Notes: generated from the letters alone by a model not told the origin. Numbered from the stretch's first letter, positions 40,151 through 51,008 are shown. The stretch is 64,000 bases of DNA from Spirochaetaceae bacterium (GCA_051531975.1 JAOPTT010000006.1:398870-462869), one strand, 5' to 3'. Translations and numbers: made by a program.

Positions 40151-40636
40151 ATGATAAAAAAGAACTTTGTTTTTATATTTGTTTTAATGATAATTACTAC
40201 AGATTTAATATTTTCTGGAGACTTTTTAAGAGTAAATTATAAAAAGCAATCGTTAGCATATAATGAATCAAAATATTTCACGATTGAAATAGAAAATCAA
40301 TTTACAGAATCTATCGAGGACATTTCAATTATCGTACTAGATGATGATGTATTTAAAGTTGAAATATTAGATGAAAATGATTTTTCACTATTCCCTAAAG
40401 AAGATTATACCGTTGGAATAAATATCGTTTCAGAAAAGAAAACATTATTTACTGAAAGTAGATCTATACTACTTGAAATAGAGACAGATAAAAAAAATAT
40501 ACAAAAAAGAGTCTATATAAATATTATTGCTGCTCCATACATTTGGCCAATTTGGGGAATACTGCTAGGGACAATAATGATCATGGTAATAATATTTGTT
40601 TACCGTAAATTAGAAAAAGGAGAAAGCCGTGATTGA
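40151..40636 (+). CDS. Hypothetical protein: signal peptide, Ig-like region, C-terminal TM
   Basis: Hydrophobic termini; GAGG RBS. Confidence 0.65.
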   Translation: MIKKNFVFIFVLMIITTDLIFSGDFLRVNYKKQSLAYNESKYFTIEIENQFTESIEDISIIVLDDDVFKVEILDENDFSLFPKEDYTVGINIVSEKKTLFTESRSILLEIETDKKNIQKRVYINIIAAPYIWPIWGILLGTIMIMVIIFVYRKLEKGESRD

Positions 40637-41027
40637 AAAGGTACATGAACATATATTAGAGGAACTAAAAATTAATGCACGAGCAGATACACATTTTATT
40701 CTAGCAGCCATTACTCTTAACTTAATAACACTAGCAATCAATTCGTCCATATCAGGAACTGAGTTTAAAAATGTAATAACCATGATAATTTTTTCCTTTT
40801 TAACAATAGTAATAAGTATTATAGCTGAGATTGGATTAATTAAAGGTCGCCAAGCAAGTCGTAAATTATTAATTGGTTTAATTGATATATACAAAGATAA
40901 TGATGTATCTAAATACTACAACGTAACATTATTAGATCATTATAAATCGAGATATAATTTATTTATTATTATAATATTATTTACAGGAATAATTTCAGTT
41001 ATTGTACCATTTATAAATATTAACTAA
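40629..41027 (+). CDS. Membrane hypothetical protein (about 3 TM)
   Basis: GTG start overlapping upstream stop. Confidence 0.7.
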   Translation: MIEKVHEHILEELKINARADTHFILAAITLNLITLAINSSISGTEFKNVITMIIFSFLTIVISIIAEIGLIKGRQASRKLLIGLIDIYKDNDVSKYYNVTLLDHYKSRYNLFIIIILFTGIISVIVPFININ

Positions 41028-41270
41028 ATAAAACAGCTTGATGGATGTTAGTAAATTTATAAATTAGTAGAAATCGGACCTCATCATCTTCTTGATATGT
41101 TAAGAGATTATGCATATAAGGACTCTACCTATCAATAGACAAACTTCTCCCTGATTTTTTACTTCTGTTATTTAAGTCTGCACAATTTTTTGATCAATAA
41201 ATTAAAATATATTCTAAATCTCATCAGGTTTCAATCTCTACTTTTTTGATGTTTATGATATAATTAAAGT

Positions 41271-41969
41271 ATGAACAAAATAATTATTAAAATATTGTTT
41301 ATAATGTTTATATCAACCAATCCACTATTTACCGAAGAATTAAATATTGTTATACCATTTGAAAAGAGTACTACATTATATAAAAGGACAATGGTTTTAT
41401 TTAAAGAAATTGAAAACCTCACTGAAGGTATTGAATTTAAATTTACTAATATCCCTTTCCTTCGCGCAAAAAGTCAACTTATAGCAGGTGATATTGATGG
41501 GGACTTTCCAAGATTCCGTAATGTTTATGAACCTTATAAGAATGTTATTATTATTGACCATCCTATACTAAATGCAGATTTTCACGGTTTTCATAAAAAA
41601 GAGCTTAATTATAGTGGAATTGAGTCTCTAAAGAACATCAGAGTAGTAATACTTAGAGGAAATGTTATTATGAAAAAATTTATTGATGATAATGACCTTG
41701 AATCAATTTATGTTGATCAATCATCCCAAGGTATTAAAATGATAATTCATGGAAGAGCTGATTTTTTTATAACAAGTAAACAAACATACTATGCCCTTTC
41801 AGATTCAGACAGGTATGAAAATTCAATTAAAATTTCTGGACCTCTTTTTTCAGAAGGTTTATACCTTTTTTTAAATTCAAAACATTTAAAATATGTATCT
41901 GAACTTGAGAAAGCTATTAAACAATTATCTGACTCAGGTCGTATTAAGCAGATCTATTCATTAAACTAA
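41271..41969 (+). CDS. Family 3 (amino acid-type) substrate-binding protein, orphan
   Basis: PFLRA..QLIAGDIDG; KMIIHGRADF; SGRIKQI. Confidence 0.75.
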   Translation: MNKIIIKILFIMFISTNPLFTEELNIVIPFEKSTTLYKRTMVLFKEIENLTEGIEFKFTNIPFLRAKSQLIAGDIDGDFPRFRNVYEPYKNVIIIDHPILNADFHGFHKKELNYSGIESLKNIRVVILRGNVIMKKFIDDNDLESIYVDQSSQGIKMIIHGRADFFITSKQTYYALSDSDRYENSIKISGPLFSEGLYLFLNSKHLKYVSELEKAIKQLSDSGRIKQIYSLN

Positions 41970-42063
41970 AATATAATATTTCCACGATTCTTGATAATTA
42001 TATATTAAATATCTATTGATATAGTTTGCTCATTTTTAACCTATCAATCAGAGTGGAAGATAA

Positions 42064-43656
42064 CTAAAAGTTCCTTGATTTATTATTTAACTTTTTTATT
42101 CTTATAGATACTCCAACTACTAATAGATATAAAAGCAGTGAAAACAGAAAGATTCCAGCTCTATAATAGATAAGCAATAAATCTCTATCTGTTTCAACAA
42201 TATCAATTTCTATATGTGTTGATTGTTCTGCATCAATATAACCTGTAAAAAAGAAATTTATTGAGATCATTTCACTTATTTTAAGCTGCTCCTCTATCTC
42301 TTTAATATAACTATAACCATCTAGCTTATAGTCTGGTTTAAAAGGTTCATCAAAATATTCAATATATAACTGCTCTTTGTCCATTTCAAAACTATCGTCT
42401 GTAGTTGAAGGGTAGAATTTAATATAATTATTTGTATAAATGGCTTCAGTAATTGTTGAGCTTAATTGATTTTTTATAACATCTACCTGATTCTCAATAA
42501 ATGTATCAAGGTCTGTTTCTGCCTGGGGTATATCTACCCATAGCTCATTGTTTAAGTATCCATTCCACTGATTTAGAGCATCTAAAAAATTATCATCTTC
42601 TAAAAATAATAAGAAGTCACTTTTATGGAATTCTTTAGAGAAAGAGAAGTTCATTTCATCCATATAGTAATATTTTAGTGTATTAAACATTAGAGTACCT
42701 TGTAACTCTTTTAACTTTTGTAATCGATAATATATTTGAGCCAAATCTAATTCAATACCGTTATTATCTGGTAGTAAGACTCTATAACTCTGGACCATAT
42801 CGTTAACTATAATAGAATCTATATTCTTGACCTGTATATACTGCCCTTTGGTAAAACTTTTTGTAAGTAATGACTCATAGCTATCTTCAACAATACTTTC
42901 TGAACTTATACTATAAACTGCTAGTAATTTATTTAATGACCAACCTCCTTCATATACCAATCCCGAAAGAAATAGGTTAAAAAAGAGAAAAATTGAAAGC
43001 ATAACCCACTTCCCTCTCTTTTTTATATTTGAACCATCAATACTGTTATATCCCATATTAAGTGCTATTACACTTCCAGCATAACTCTCATATCCCTCTA
43101 TAGAAACTTTATCGCCATCCTTCACCCTCCAATTCTTTGGTAAAGTAATTGAATATTCTCCCATATGAACAATGTTTGAAGTAGTAAATTTTTCAGCTGT
43201 ACCTTCAAGTTTTAAGATCTTACCATTGTTCTTCTTATTAGAAGATTTTAAGAAAGTTAAAGTTGCAAGTAGTAGGAAAAATAGAGATATATACCATGCA
43301 TATATAGTGATATCTAACATCTGTATATATATTTCTCTATCTAAATTTAGTGATAAGTTTATGAGAGATCCTGTTATAAAAAGTGATGATAAAAACCTTA
43401 TATTAAACGATACGTACTGAGTCTCATTCTTTGTTAAATCTCTTATAACAGTTGTAACATTGATATCTTCATTTTCTTCATCTTCATAATCATCATCTTC
43501 TTCTAATGTGGAATAATCTTCTTGGACATCTTTTTTAGTACTTTTATCTTTATTTTTAAGATGCTGGATAGCACCGTTAAATGACCCAGTTTTTTTATAT
43601 GCTTTAGCAAAAGATATTAAAACAACAATAAATATAAATAATATGATCTCTAACAT
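42064..43656 (-). CDS. Multi-pass membrane hypothetical protein, 530 aa
   Basis: About five TM segments, acidic linker, large soluble loop. Confidence 0.7.
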   Translation of the reverse strand: MLEIILFIFIVVLISFAKAYKKTGSFNGAIQHLKNKDKSTKKDVQEDYSTLEEDDDYEDEENEDINVTTVIRDLTKNETQYVSFNIRFLSSLFITGSLINLSLNLDREIYIQMLDITIYAWYISLFFLLLATLTFLKSSNKKNNGKILKLEGTAEKFTTSNIVHMGEYSITLPKNWRVKDGDKVSIEGYESYAGSVIALNMGYNSIDGSNIKKRGKWVMLSIFLFFNLFLSGLVYEGGWSLNKLLAVYSISSESIVEDSYESLLTKSFTKGQYIQVKNIDSIIVNDMVQSYRVLLPDNNGIELDLAQIYYRLQKLKELQGTLMFNTLKYYYMDEMNFSFSKEFHKSDFLLFLEDDNFLDALNQWNGYLNNELWVDIPQAETDLDTFIENQVDVIKNQLSSTITEAIYTNNYIKFYPSTTDDSFEMDKEQLYIEYFDEPFKPDYKLDGYSYIKEIEEQLKISEMISINFFFTGYIDAEQSTHIEIDIVETDRDLLLIYYRAGIFLFSLLLYLLVVGVSIRIKKLNNKSRNF

Positions 43657-43874
43657 TCTGAATTTCTCCGATTAAATGATTTTGACATGTTATATAAATA
43701 TAGAACCTATACTAAGACATTACAACAAAGTGTTCATCATCAATTTTACAAAAATTACTGTATCAAACTGATTCATATCATTAGGATACCCAATTCACAC
43801 TAATTTTTAAAGGTGACTAAATGTGATATAGACTGTACCATTTATAAATATTAACTTAATGGATGTTAACAAAA

Positions 43875-44318
43875 ATGAATAATACAGTAAAAATCAGACC
43901 TCATCATCTTCTTGATATGTTAAGAGATTATGGTAATAAAGTAGTACATCACACTCACCCATTTGGTGCTTCTGTAAAAGAGGTTACCAATATAGTAATG
44001 AGTTCAACAGAATCATTTGTGATGGTTCCAAGAGTTGATTCTATCTGTGAAACTTGTAGCATGTTAGAAGATGAAATCTGCCAGGCTAAGATAAGAGAAG
44101 ATCTTTTAATGAGTGAATATAACGATGACCTAGATGATAAACTGTTTCAAGTTATGAAGCTTAAACCATTTATGAAGTTAACATTGCTAGATTTTACACT
44201 AATTATTGATGGAATGCTTGATACAATACTGGAGCAGTTTACAAGCCCTGATAATAATAAAGGACTTAGATATATTGGTACAAAAAAAGCTATTAGTGAT
44301 ATCTTATATAATAATTAA
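43875..44318 (+). CDS. DUF1284-like putative Fe-S/metal-binding protein
   Basis: RPHHLLD and DSICETC motifs. Confidence 0.65.
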   Translation: MNNTVKIRPHHLLDMLRDYGNKVVHHTHPFGASVKEVTNIVMSSTESFVMVPRVDSICETCSMLEDEICQAKIREDLLMSEYNDDLDDKLFQVMKLKPFMKLTLLDFTLIIDGMLDTILEQFTSPDNNKGLRYIGTKKAISDILYNN

Positions 44319-44334
44319 AATATAAGTCTTGGAC

Positions 44335-45210
44335 CTACTCTATATTTTTTGAATGAAAATAAGGTTTGCATGCTTCTAATAATTCTATTCTTCTATAAAT
44401 ACCTACTTTTTTGAATATATTATTAAAGTGTTGCTTAATTGAAGGAACAGAAACATTAAAGTGGAAAGCTAGTTCTTTATTGGTAGAGTTCTTTTCACAG
44501 AAGTACTCTATAAGACTATATTCTCTAATTGTAAAATCAAAGTCATCAAGATTAATACTGTTGCTATAATATAGTTTTATTTTATCATCATTATTTTTTA
44601 GCTCTTCTGATAATTCTAACATCTGTTGTTTTAGATCAATCTTTTGTTGGTTTAGAAATACTATTTCAGATTTTAATTTTTTATCATTTTGAATAATTTT
44701 AAAAAATTCATCCTTAAATAATATAAATAAAAACAGTATAAAAAAACATAGAAAAATGAAAACACTTAAAAGATCAGTTTCTGATAGGGATTTATCTCTT
44801 AAAATTGAAATTTCAATAATAGAAAAAATATAAATTATAGTTAACAACGATTTTATAATAATTTTTCTCTTAAAAAAGTTATATTTATAAAGAAGTAATG
44901 TCATTATTATATATAAGTTTAATCCATAAAATGAATTATATAATACTAATATTGCAGCTGTAGAATAAAGCAGTAGTGGTACTATGTGGAATATTTTAAT
45001 TATATAATATGTCTTATTAAAAGTTAGGATAAAAAATACAACAAAGAATATTACAGGATAGACAGTAATTGAACTAATTATTTCAATAAAACTCATTTTT
45101 CTTGTAATAATCCCTGCAACTATATTTAAACATATAGTTAAAATACCAATTATAATATATAGAAGAGAAATTCTTTGTTGTATTTTATATTTTGAAACTA
45201 TATTGCCCAA
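44335..45210 (-). CDS. Membrane-bound LuxR-type HTH regulator
   Basis: 5-6 TM helices, coiled coil, FTIRE..TNKELA..VSVPSIKQHFNNIFKKVGI. Confidence 0.78.
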   Translation of the reverse strand: MGNIVSKYKIQQRISLLYIIIGILTICLNIVAGIITRKMSFIEIISSITVYPVIFFVVFFILTFNKTYYIIKIFHIVPLLLYSTAAILVLYNSFYGLNLYIIMTLLLYKYNFFKRKIIIKSLLTIIYIFSIIEISILRDKSLSETDLLSVFIFLCFFILFLFILFKDEFFKIIQNDKKLKSEIVFLNQQKIDLKQQMLELSEELKNNDDKIKLYYSNSINLDDFDFTIREYSLIEYFCEKNSTNKELAFHFNVSVPSIKQHFNNIFKKVGIYRRIELLEACKPYFHSKNIE

Positions 45211-45764
45211 GGTTCTTCTGTAGCTCCATCAGTATCTAATATTTTATCCATTTCAGTACATATTATACTGTTATTCTCTTTGATTATATCTGCTTTTATA
45301 GTCTCATAATTCCAAATTGAACTACTTAGAGGATTGTACTTGTTAGTGATTCTATCTACATCTAAATCTCTTTTATAGTCCGATACCATTGCTAAGATTA
45401 GTAAGTTCATACCTTTTTGAATAATGTTTTTATCACCACCATCAAAATGGTTAATAACATCTAACCTCTTTTCTAGATATTCATTGTCTGAAAAATTGTG
45501 AATAAATAACTCTTTCCCTGAAGTTGCAGCTATTAAAAAAGCACTCATGTTCATCACTGCAGTTCTTGATGGATTATTACTGTTTGCTAAAAAAGGAATC
45601 ATTCCAATTAATTTAAATATTTTATTTTTTAATAATTTATTTTCTACCTTTGCTGAGTAATTGAATTGCTTAGTTACAATGTTTACTAATTCAATCCATT
45701 TATCCTCTAATACTACATTTGAAATCTGATTGTTGTTAATTTTACATGTATTTTCTTTTGTCAT
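45198..45764 (-). CDS. Hypothetical protein coupled to the LuxR-type regulator
   Basis: AGGAG RBS; 13-nt overlap with next gene. Confidence 0.72.
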   Translation of the reverse strand: MTKENTCKINNNQISNVVLEDKWIELVNIVTKQFNYSAKVENKLLKNKIFKLIGMIPFLANSNNPSRTAVMNMSAFLIAATSGKELFIHNFSDNEYLEKRLDVINHFDGGDKNIIQKGMNLLILAMVSDYKRDLDVDRITNKYNPLSSSIWNYETIKADIIKENNSIICTEMDKILDTDGATEEPWAI

Positions 45765-45959
45765 CTAATAATCTCCTAAAAAAATACTACCATAGCAATT
45801 TAAATAATAGTATATAAAACGTATGATGAATTTTCATCATTCTCCATAACTTGTTTTGTGGTATTAAGTTATGAACAACATAACTTTGGTTATGTTACCA
45901 TTAGAATGTATTTTTAGTCCATTAAAGCTTAATTATAACTTAAGATATGTAGAACGATA

Positions 45960-46337
45960 ATGAAAACAAGTATATTTAAACGTAAAAATATATACAAGGT
46001 TTTAGTAATAATGTCTAAGAAAACTTTTGGTATAAGTTCACATCAAATCTTATTAATTATCATGATAATGATCGTTAGCACTATTGAAGGTGAAGAGAAA
46101 GTTAAACTAGAAAGTGGTAAGACAGCTATTCTATATGATGATAAGACTTGGGCTATTATGGATTTTAACGACTTAAGTATTAATGATCTAAATAGTAAAA
46201 ATAAGTCTAAATTACGTAAGAATATAGAAGCTACTGAATCTGAAATTGTAATTGCGTGTGAAATGTTTGAACAGGGTTGGCTCTATACTATGCCTACTCC
46301 TAAAAGTTCTAAAGCTGTATGGGAAATCAGACGGTAG
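45960..46337 (+). CDS. Hypothetical protein, possibly truncated
   Basis: LESGKTAILYDDKTW; start uncertain, abrupt end. Confidence 0.45.
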   Translation: MKTSIFKRKNIYKVLVIMSKKTFGISSHQILLIIMIMIVSTIEGEEKVKLESGKTAILYDDKTWAIMDFNDLSINDLNSKNKSKLRKNIEATESEIVIACEMFEQGWLYTMPTPKSSKAVWEIRR

Positions 46338-46413
46338 AAGCCACCTATAACATAATCCGTTTGCTCTATTATTTATTTATCTTACTCTCTAGATCAATGT
46401 ATGAAAAGAGCTT

Positions 46414-46704
46414 TTATATTCGATCTTTCCAATATTCTGGATCTCTATGAAGATGCATAACTCCCAAAATTAATAATTCATCTTCTGTATGAGAATAAAT
46501 TACACCATATGGAAATCTATTTGTTCGTGCTCTTCTAGTATTAAGGGATAAATTTGCCCATGCTTCTGGAAAATCTAGAATTCTCTTTATTGTACGTTTT
46601 ACTTCATTTGCAAACTCGAACCCTAGACCTTCACTCTGTTCATTAAAATATGAAACAGCATCATTTAATTCAAGCTCTGAAACTCTTAAAAAGTTTACTT
46701 TCAT
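46414..46704 (-). CDS. RelE/ParE family toxin
   Basis: ELNDAVSYF..QSEGLG.EF; RFPYGVIY; VMHLHRDPEYW. Confidence 0.85.
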   Translation of the reverse strand: MKVNFLRVSELELNDAVSYFNEQSEGLGFEFANEVKRTIKRILDFPEAWANLSLNTRRARTNRFPYGVIYSHTEDELLILGVMHLHRDPEYWKDRI

Positions 46705-46705
46705 A

Positions 46706-46927
46706 TTAAATATCTAACGATGAAAATACATCTTCCATTGAGACTTTTTCAATAAGACCATTCTTGGAAGCTTCTAATCTGTTTTCAGCTTCTACAGCCC
46801 ACTTAGCATCTATATCTGCCCTACCTTTGTAGTTAAAGCTGGATAAAAGTAGCTCTACTAATTGTGCTTTATCTAGCGGTGATAAGTTAACAGCTTCTTT
46901 ATACAGTTCATCTCTTGAAATTACCAT
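46706..46927 (-). CDS. Addiction-module antitoxin
   Basis: LSPLDKAQLVELLLSS..IDAKWAVEAENR; GAGG RBS; 1 nt from toxin gene. Confidence 0.8.
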   Translation of the reverse strand: MVISRDELYKEAVNLSPLDKAQLVELLLSSFNYKGRADIDAKWAVEAENRLEASKNGLIEKVSMEDVFSSLDI

Positions 46928-47070
46928 AACAACCTCTTTTGGTTTAATCTTATCAGAATAAAAATACATAGTCAAAAACGAACTACCTAATTTCTTTCCT
47001 TTCTAAATATCATCCTATTTTAAATACTCTTTTCTGTCTTTTAATTTCTTTAACTGTTATGGCCAAGAAA

Positions 47071-47166
47071 TTAAGACACAAATGTTGCTTCCATTAATCT
47101 TATAAAGAATTCTTGGGTAAGTCCTGTTGGGTCATACCATCTGGTATTGTAGTAATATAAGCCTAT
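47071..47166 (-). pseudogene. RHS-core remnant
   Basis: IGLYYYNTRWYDPTGL. Confidence 0.55.
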
Positions 47167-47226
47167 TTACTGATCCCAGAATATTCAATCGCCTACTTTC
47201 TTATGTCTAAATATTTTAGTATATTT

Positions 47227-48066
47227 TTATTTCAAGAGTTTCTCAGGGTTGATGTATTGTCCTTCAAGAGAAATTCTATACTCCAAATAAGATGAAACAT
47301 TATCATCACTTTTAGCTAAAGATCCTATTATATCTCCTTGTTTCACAAAATCCTCTACTTTAAAAGTTGTACCAGAAACATTTATATATTCAGTTATAAC
47401 CCCCCATTCATGTTTTATAACTATTTTTTGATTAATAATACTAATAATTGTACCAGAAGATGTAGAATAAACTTCGGCTCCTATATTATTTATTATTCTC
47501 ACTCCTGATTTATTAATTTTATTTCCATAATCAATTCTTTTTAATTTTTCATTATTTCTAAATGGACTAATTATTGGAAATTTTTCTAAATTAACTTTCT
47601 CGTCCGAAACAATATGATCTAAAAAAATACTTAAACTAAATGTAGATTCTTCTAGTAGATCATCTGTGTATATGTTATTAAGATATTCGTCCATGATTAC
47701 AGAATGTAATTTTTTCATGTTAAGTTCTTTGCTTGCATTCAATTCTTTAGGATTTAAAGTGTCAGTAAAAGCATTTACTGGAAACAAAAAAATAGAGACA
47801 ATTAGGAATGTATATATTAAATATGAACTAAACTTCGTAATCCTACTCTGTTTGGATATCTTATTATCTACTATTTCTAATATTCTCTTTTTTATACTCA
47901 ATTTATTCCTCCACTTAGCATCTAGTATATTTTTATTGTATTTGAAATTATTTGTAAATGATAATAATGCCATACCATATTCATTTTTATTAATCGGATC
48001 ATTTCCCAACGTATGCATATCAGTTTGTAGAATCTCTTCTAGTGATAACTGTATAATCAGCATCAT
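47227..48066 (-). pseudogene. 5'-truncated M56(BlaR1-like)-M23 fusion
   Basis: Begins in an M56-like tail (EYGMALL..IKKRILEI), then TM, then M23 fold lacking the Zn-binding His motifs. Confidence 0.6.
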
Positions 48067-48127
48067 TTACAACCTGATCTAAGATACCTTTTAAATGTTT
48101 TCTAGTTTCTGAAAAGTTTACTACTCA

Positions 48128-48400
48128 CTAAACAGCGTTCATTTTTATATCACCCTCAACATATCTATGTATTAATCCAGATATTAGGGTTTGATAAGGT
48201 ATTCCCATTTCCATTGCTTTTTTTTGAATACCGTTATAATCATGTTCATATAATCTGATTGTTATACTTTTATTTTTTTTGAAAGTATTCTTCGCTGTTT
48301 GCTGGAAATAATCTAACTCTTTTTCTGTTGGTGTTCTTAAATCAAGTTCATCATTATCTATAGCATCAATAATCATCTGTTCTTCTTCATCAAATTTCAT
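48128..48400 (-). CDS. Antitoxin, BrnA/CopG-like
   Basis: KSITIRL..IQKKAMEMGIPYQTLISGLIHRY. Confidence 0.82.
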   Translation of the reverse strand: MKFDEEEQMIIDAIDNDELDLRTPTEKELDYFQQTAKNTFKKNKSITIRLYEHDYNGIQKKAMEMGIPYQTLISGLIHRYVEGDIKMNAV

Positions 48401-48404
48401 TTTC

Positions 48405-48686
48405 TTACTCCTTCTCCTTCTCTGTACTATATTCTCTTGTTGCTTTTCTACTAGGGATTATTGTTTTAAGGAATATATAATCCTCATCCTCAACAAAAGG
48501 AACAATATAAATATAACCTTCAATTATTACATAAAAAAGTTTCTGATTAGTATATAGTTCTTTGTTTGAATGATCTGTAATCTTCCAAACATCTCTTCTC
48601 TTAATATGAAAACAAACCTTTTCAAATGATATATCACGTTCACTCTTTAGAAACTCATTTTTTTCAGGATTCCATTCAAATCTCAT
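48405..48686 (-). CDS. BrnT-family toxin
   Basis: FEWNPEKNE.LK.ERDISFE; LKTIIPSRKAT. Confidence 0.82.
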   Translation of the reverse strand: MRFEWNPEKNEFLKSERDISFEKVCFHIKRRDVWKITDHSNKELYTNQKLFYVIIEGYIYIVPFVEDEDYIFLKTIIPSRKATREYSTEKEKE

Positions 48687-48694
48687 ATCTTAAT

Positions 48695-48711
48695 TGTACA
48701 TCGATTGTACA
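48695..48711. promoter_or_regulatory. TGTACA-N5-TGTACA putative antitoxin operator
   Basis: Tandem palindromes just upstream of the toxin start, which lacks an RBS. Confidence 0.5.
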
Positions 48712-48857
48712 TACATATCAATTTCTCCAATTCTGGATATAGCTTAATTTCTTTTATATGGTATTTTTTTATGAAACTTTTAATTTCTTAATCATTATTT
48801 CTATGTATTAATTCTTATATTCTGAATCAATACAAATCATAGCACTAAAGATTACAT

Positions 48858-51008
48858 ATGAATAAAGTGAGAATATATTTAATATTTATAATTCTAATTT
48901 GTAATTTCTTCATCTTTTCAGAAGAGAAACAAATATTAGAGTTTAACAATAAACCTATAACAGATGTTTTAATGGTATTAGCTGATTTGAGTGAAAAAAA
49001 TATTATTGTAGATAATACCGTTGGTGGGAACTGTAGTTATTATTTTACTACTACTGATTTAGATGAAGCATTAAAATTGTTTTTAACAAGTCAGAATTTA
49101 TATATGTTTGAAATTGATGGAGCACTGTTAGTCTCTAAAATATTTAGTATAAATGATGGGGAACTTATTAGTCTGAATTGCACCGATGTGGATATTAAGC
49201 AGGTATTAGATCGATTAACAGCTGACACTGGAATTACTATATTGTACGATAACTTACCTAGGACAAATATAAATCTAAACATTAAAAAATTAACACTTAA
49301 AGTTGTATTAGAAATTATTATTAAGAAGTTTACTGATTATAATATTGAAGAAGCTAAAGACTACTTTTATATTAAAAAGAATGTATCATCTAATAAAAAA
49401 GATGTCATAAATAAGACAAATGGAATAATTGTTAATAACTTAGGGTTTTATTCAGTGAACTTAAAGAAAGTACGATTTTCTGCTGTTATTGGGGAGTTTT
49501 TTAGTAAAGAAGATATTGAGTACTCTATACAAGGTAGAAACGATAATATAATTGATCGGTTAGAATATAAGGATAAAACATTTGATGAAATGTTAAACCT
49601 TCTGCTTGAAAGTGGAAGCTGCGATTATGTTAAATCAAATGACATATATTACATCTTTGATATTAATAAAAATGAAATAGCAAACAGACATATAGAGACA
49701 CAGATTATTAAATTAAACAGTATAAATGTGAAAGAACTACTTAAACTAATGCCTGGAAGCTTTATGAGTAACAATGTATTAAAGGTAGATGAAGTTACAA
49801 ATTCAGTTATTGTTTATGGTACTGAGATTAAAATAGCCCCTATCGTATCCTTTATTAAACTAGTGGATAAAGATCGACATAAAAAACCATACTGGATACA
49901 AATGAGTTTTGTTTCTGCAGAACTGTTTAAAAATATGTTGTTAAAAAGTTATTCTGGAACCTCTATAGTTAATGTTGATAAAAACTCATTTTTAATAGTA
50001 TTAACAGCAAAAGAATATAATGAAGTATTAGAATTAAAAGAGATTATTGATATTCCTGTGAAACGTTTTAAAGTTACACTCAAATATATTACAACACAGG
50101 AACTACTAGATAATCTACCTAAATCTGCTATGGCTGAACAGATAGTAAAAACACCAATCTCTTCAGTATTCTTTTATTATGGGCAGAAAGAAGCATACAA
50201 AGCTTTCATGGTGGATCTTAATTTTATAGATAAACCTAAACCTCAGATCAAATATAAGATATTAGTACTTCAAAATACAATTGGAGATGGTGTTAGCTAT
50301 GATTTTGGTATGACATCCCACAGTGAAGAGAATGGTGATATAACACTGCCTGAAGATGAATGGAGCTCATTCTCTGGAAGCTTGGGAAGTTTATTAGGAC
50401 TTAACTTTAACCTTATATCAGCCCTAGGACCACTTTTTAGTTTTGAATTAAATGCATCTATAAATAATAACAGATCTAAAATATTAGTTGATACAACACT
50501 GCAAGGTCTTTCTGGAAGTAAAGTTTCATTTAGAAATACAACTACAAGTCGTTTTTATCAATCTAGTACCAATTCAGATGGTGAAACTGAACAGACTGGA
50601 GCGACCCAAGAAGTCTCCTGGGGTATCATTTTAGATATCGAAGGTTGGACAAGTGGAGATGGTATGGTAACTGTTAAAGTTCAATCTACATTATCCGATG
50701 AAACTACAGTTTCAGGAGACAGTTCTGGGATACCATCAACTTCAGAAAAAATTGTTAATACTGAGGTTAGAACACCAGAAGGTATTCCAGTTGTTATTGG
50801 TGGATTAATTAGTAGTAAAATTGAAGTATCAGAAGATAAAACCCCAATTTTAGGTGATATTCCTCTATTAGGAAGACTCTTTAGGAAAACTGTAAAAAGG
50901 GAAACTGAGTCTGAGTTTGTAATCTATCTATTACCTTATGTAGAAGATTCAGAAGAAGTAAACTTAGAAGCAAAATTTGAAAGAGCTTATACGGAGTTTA
51001 TTAATTAG
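48858..51008 (+). CDS. gspD: Type II secretion secretin
   Basis: N-domains (VDEVTNSVIVYGT); C-terminal VVIGGLI..KTPILGDIPLLGRLF. Confidence 0.88.
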   Translation: MNKVRIYLIFIILICNFFIFSEEKQILEFNNKPITDVLMVLADLSEKNIIVDNTVGGNCSYYFTTTDLDEALKLFLTSQNLYMFEIDGALLVSKIFSINDGELISLNCTDVDIKQVLDRLTADTGITILYDNLPRTNINLNIKKLTLKVVLEIIIKKFTDYNIEEAKDYFYIKKNVSSNKKDVINKTNGIIVNNLGFYSVNLKKVRFSAVIGEFFSKEDIEYSIQGRNDNIIDRLEYKDKTFDEMLNLLLESGSCDYVKSNDIYYIFDINKNEIANRHIETQIIKLNSINVKELLKLMPGSFMSNNVLKVDEVTNSVIVYGTEIKIAPIVSFIKLVDKDRHKKPYWIQMSFVSAELFKNMLLKSYSGTSIVNVDKNSFLIVLTAKEYNEVLELKEIIDIPVKRFKVTLKYITTQELLDNLPKSAMAEQIVKTPISSVFFYYGQKEAYKAFMVDLNFIDKPKPQIKYKILVLQNTIGDGVSYDFGMTSHSEENGDITLPEDEWSSFSGSLGSLLGLNFNLISALGPLFSFELNASINNNRSKILVDTTLQGLSGSKVSFRNTTTSRFYQSSTNSDGETEQTGATQEVSWGIILDIEGWTSGDGMVTVKVQSTLSDETTVSGDSSGIPSTSEKIVNTEVRTPEGIPVVIGGLISSKIEVSEDKTPILGDIPLLGRLFRKTVKRETESEFVIYLLPYVEDSEEVNLEAKFERAYTEFIN

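Noticed and set aside
35947..41027. Co-oriented unrelated genes as an integron cassette array
   Set aside because: Could not find recurring paired RYYYAAC/GTTRRRY attC structures by eye; no intI in window
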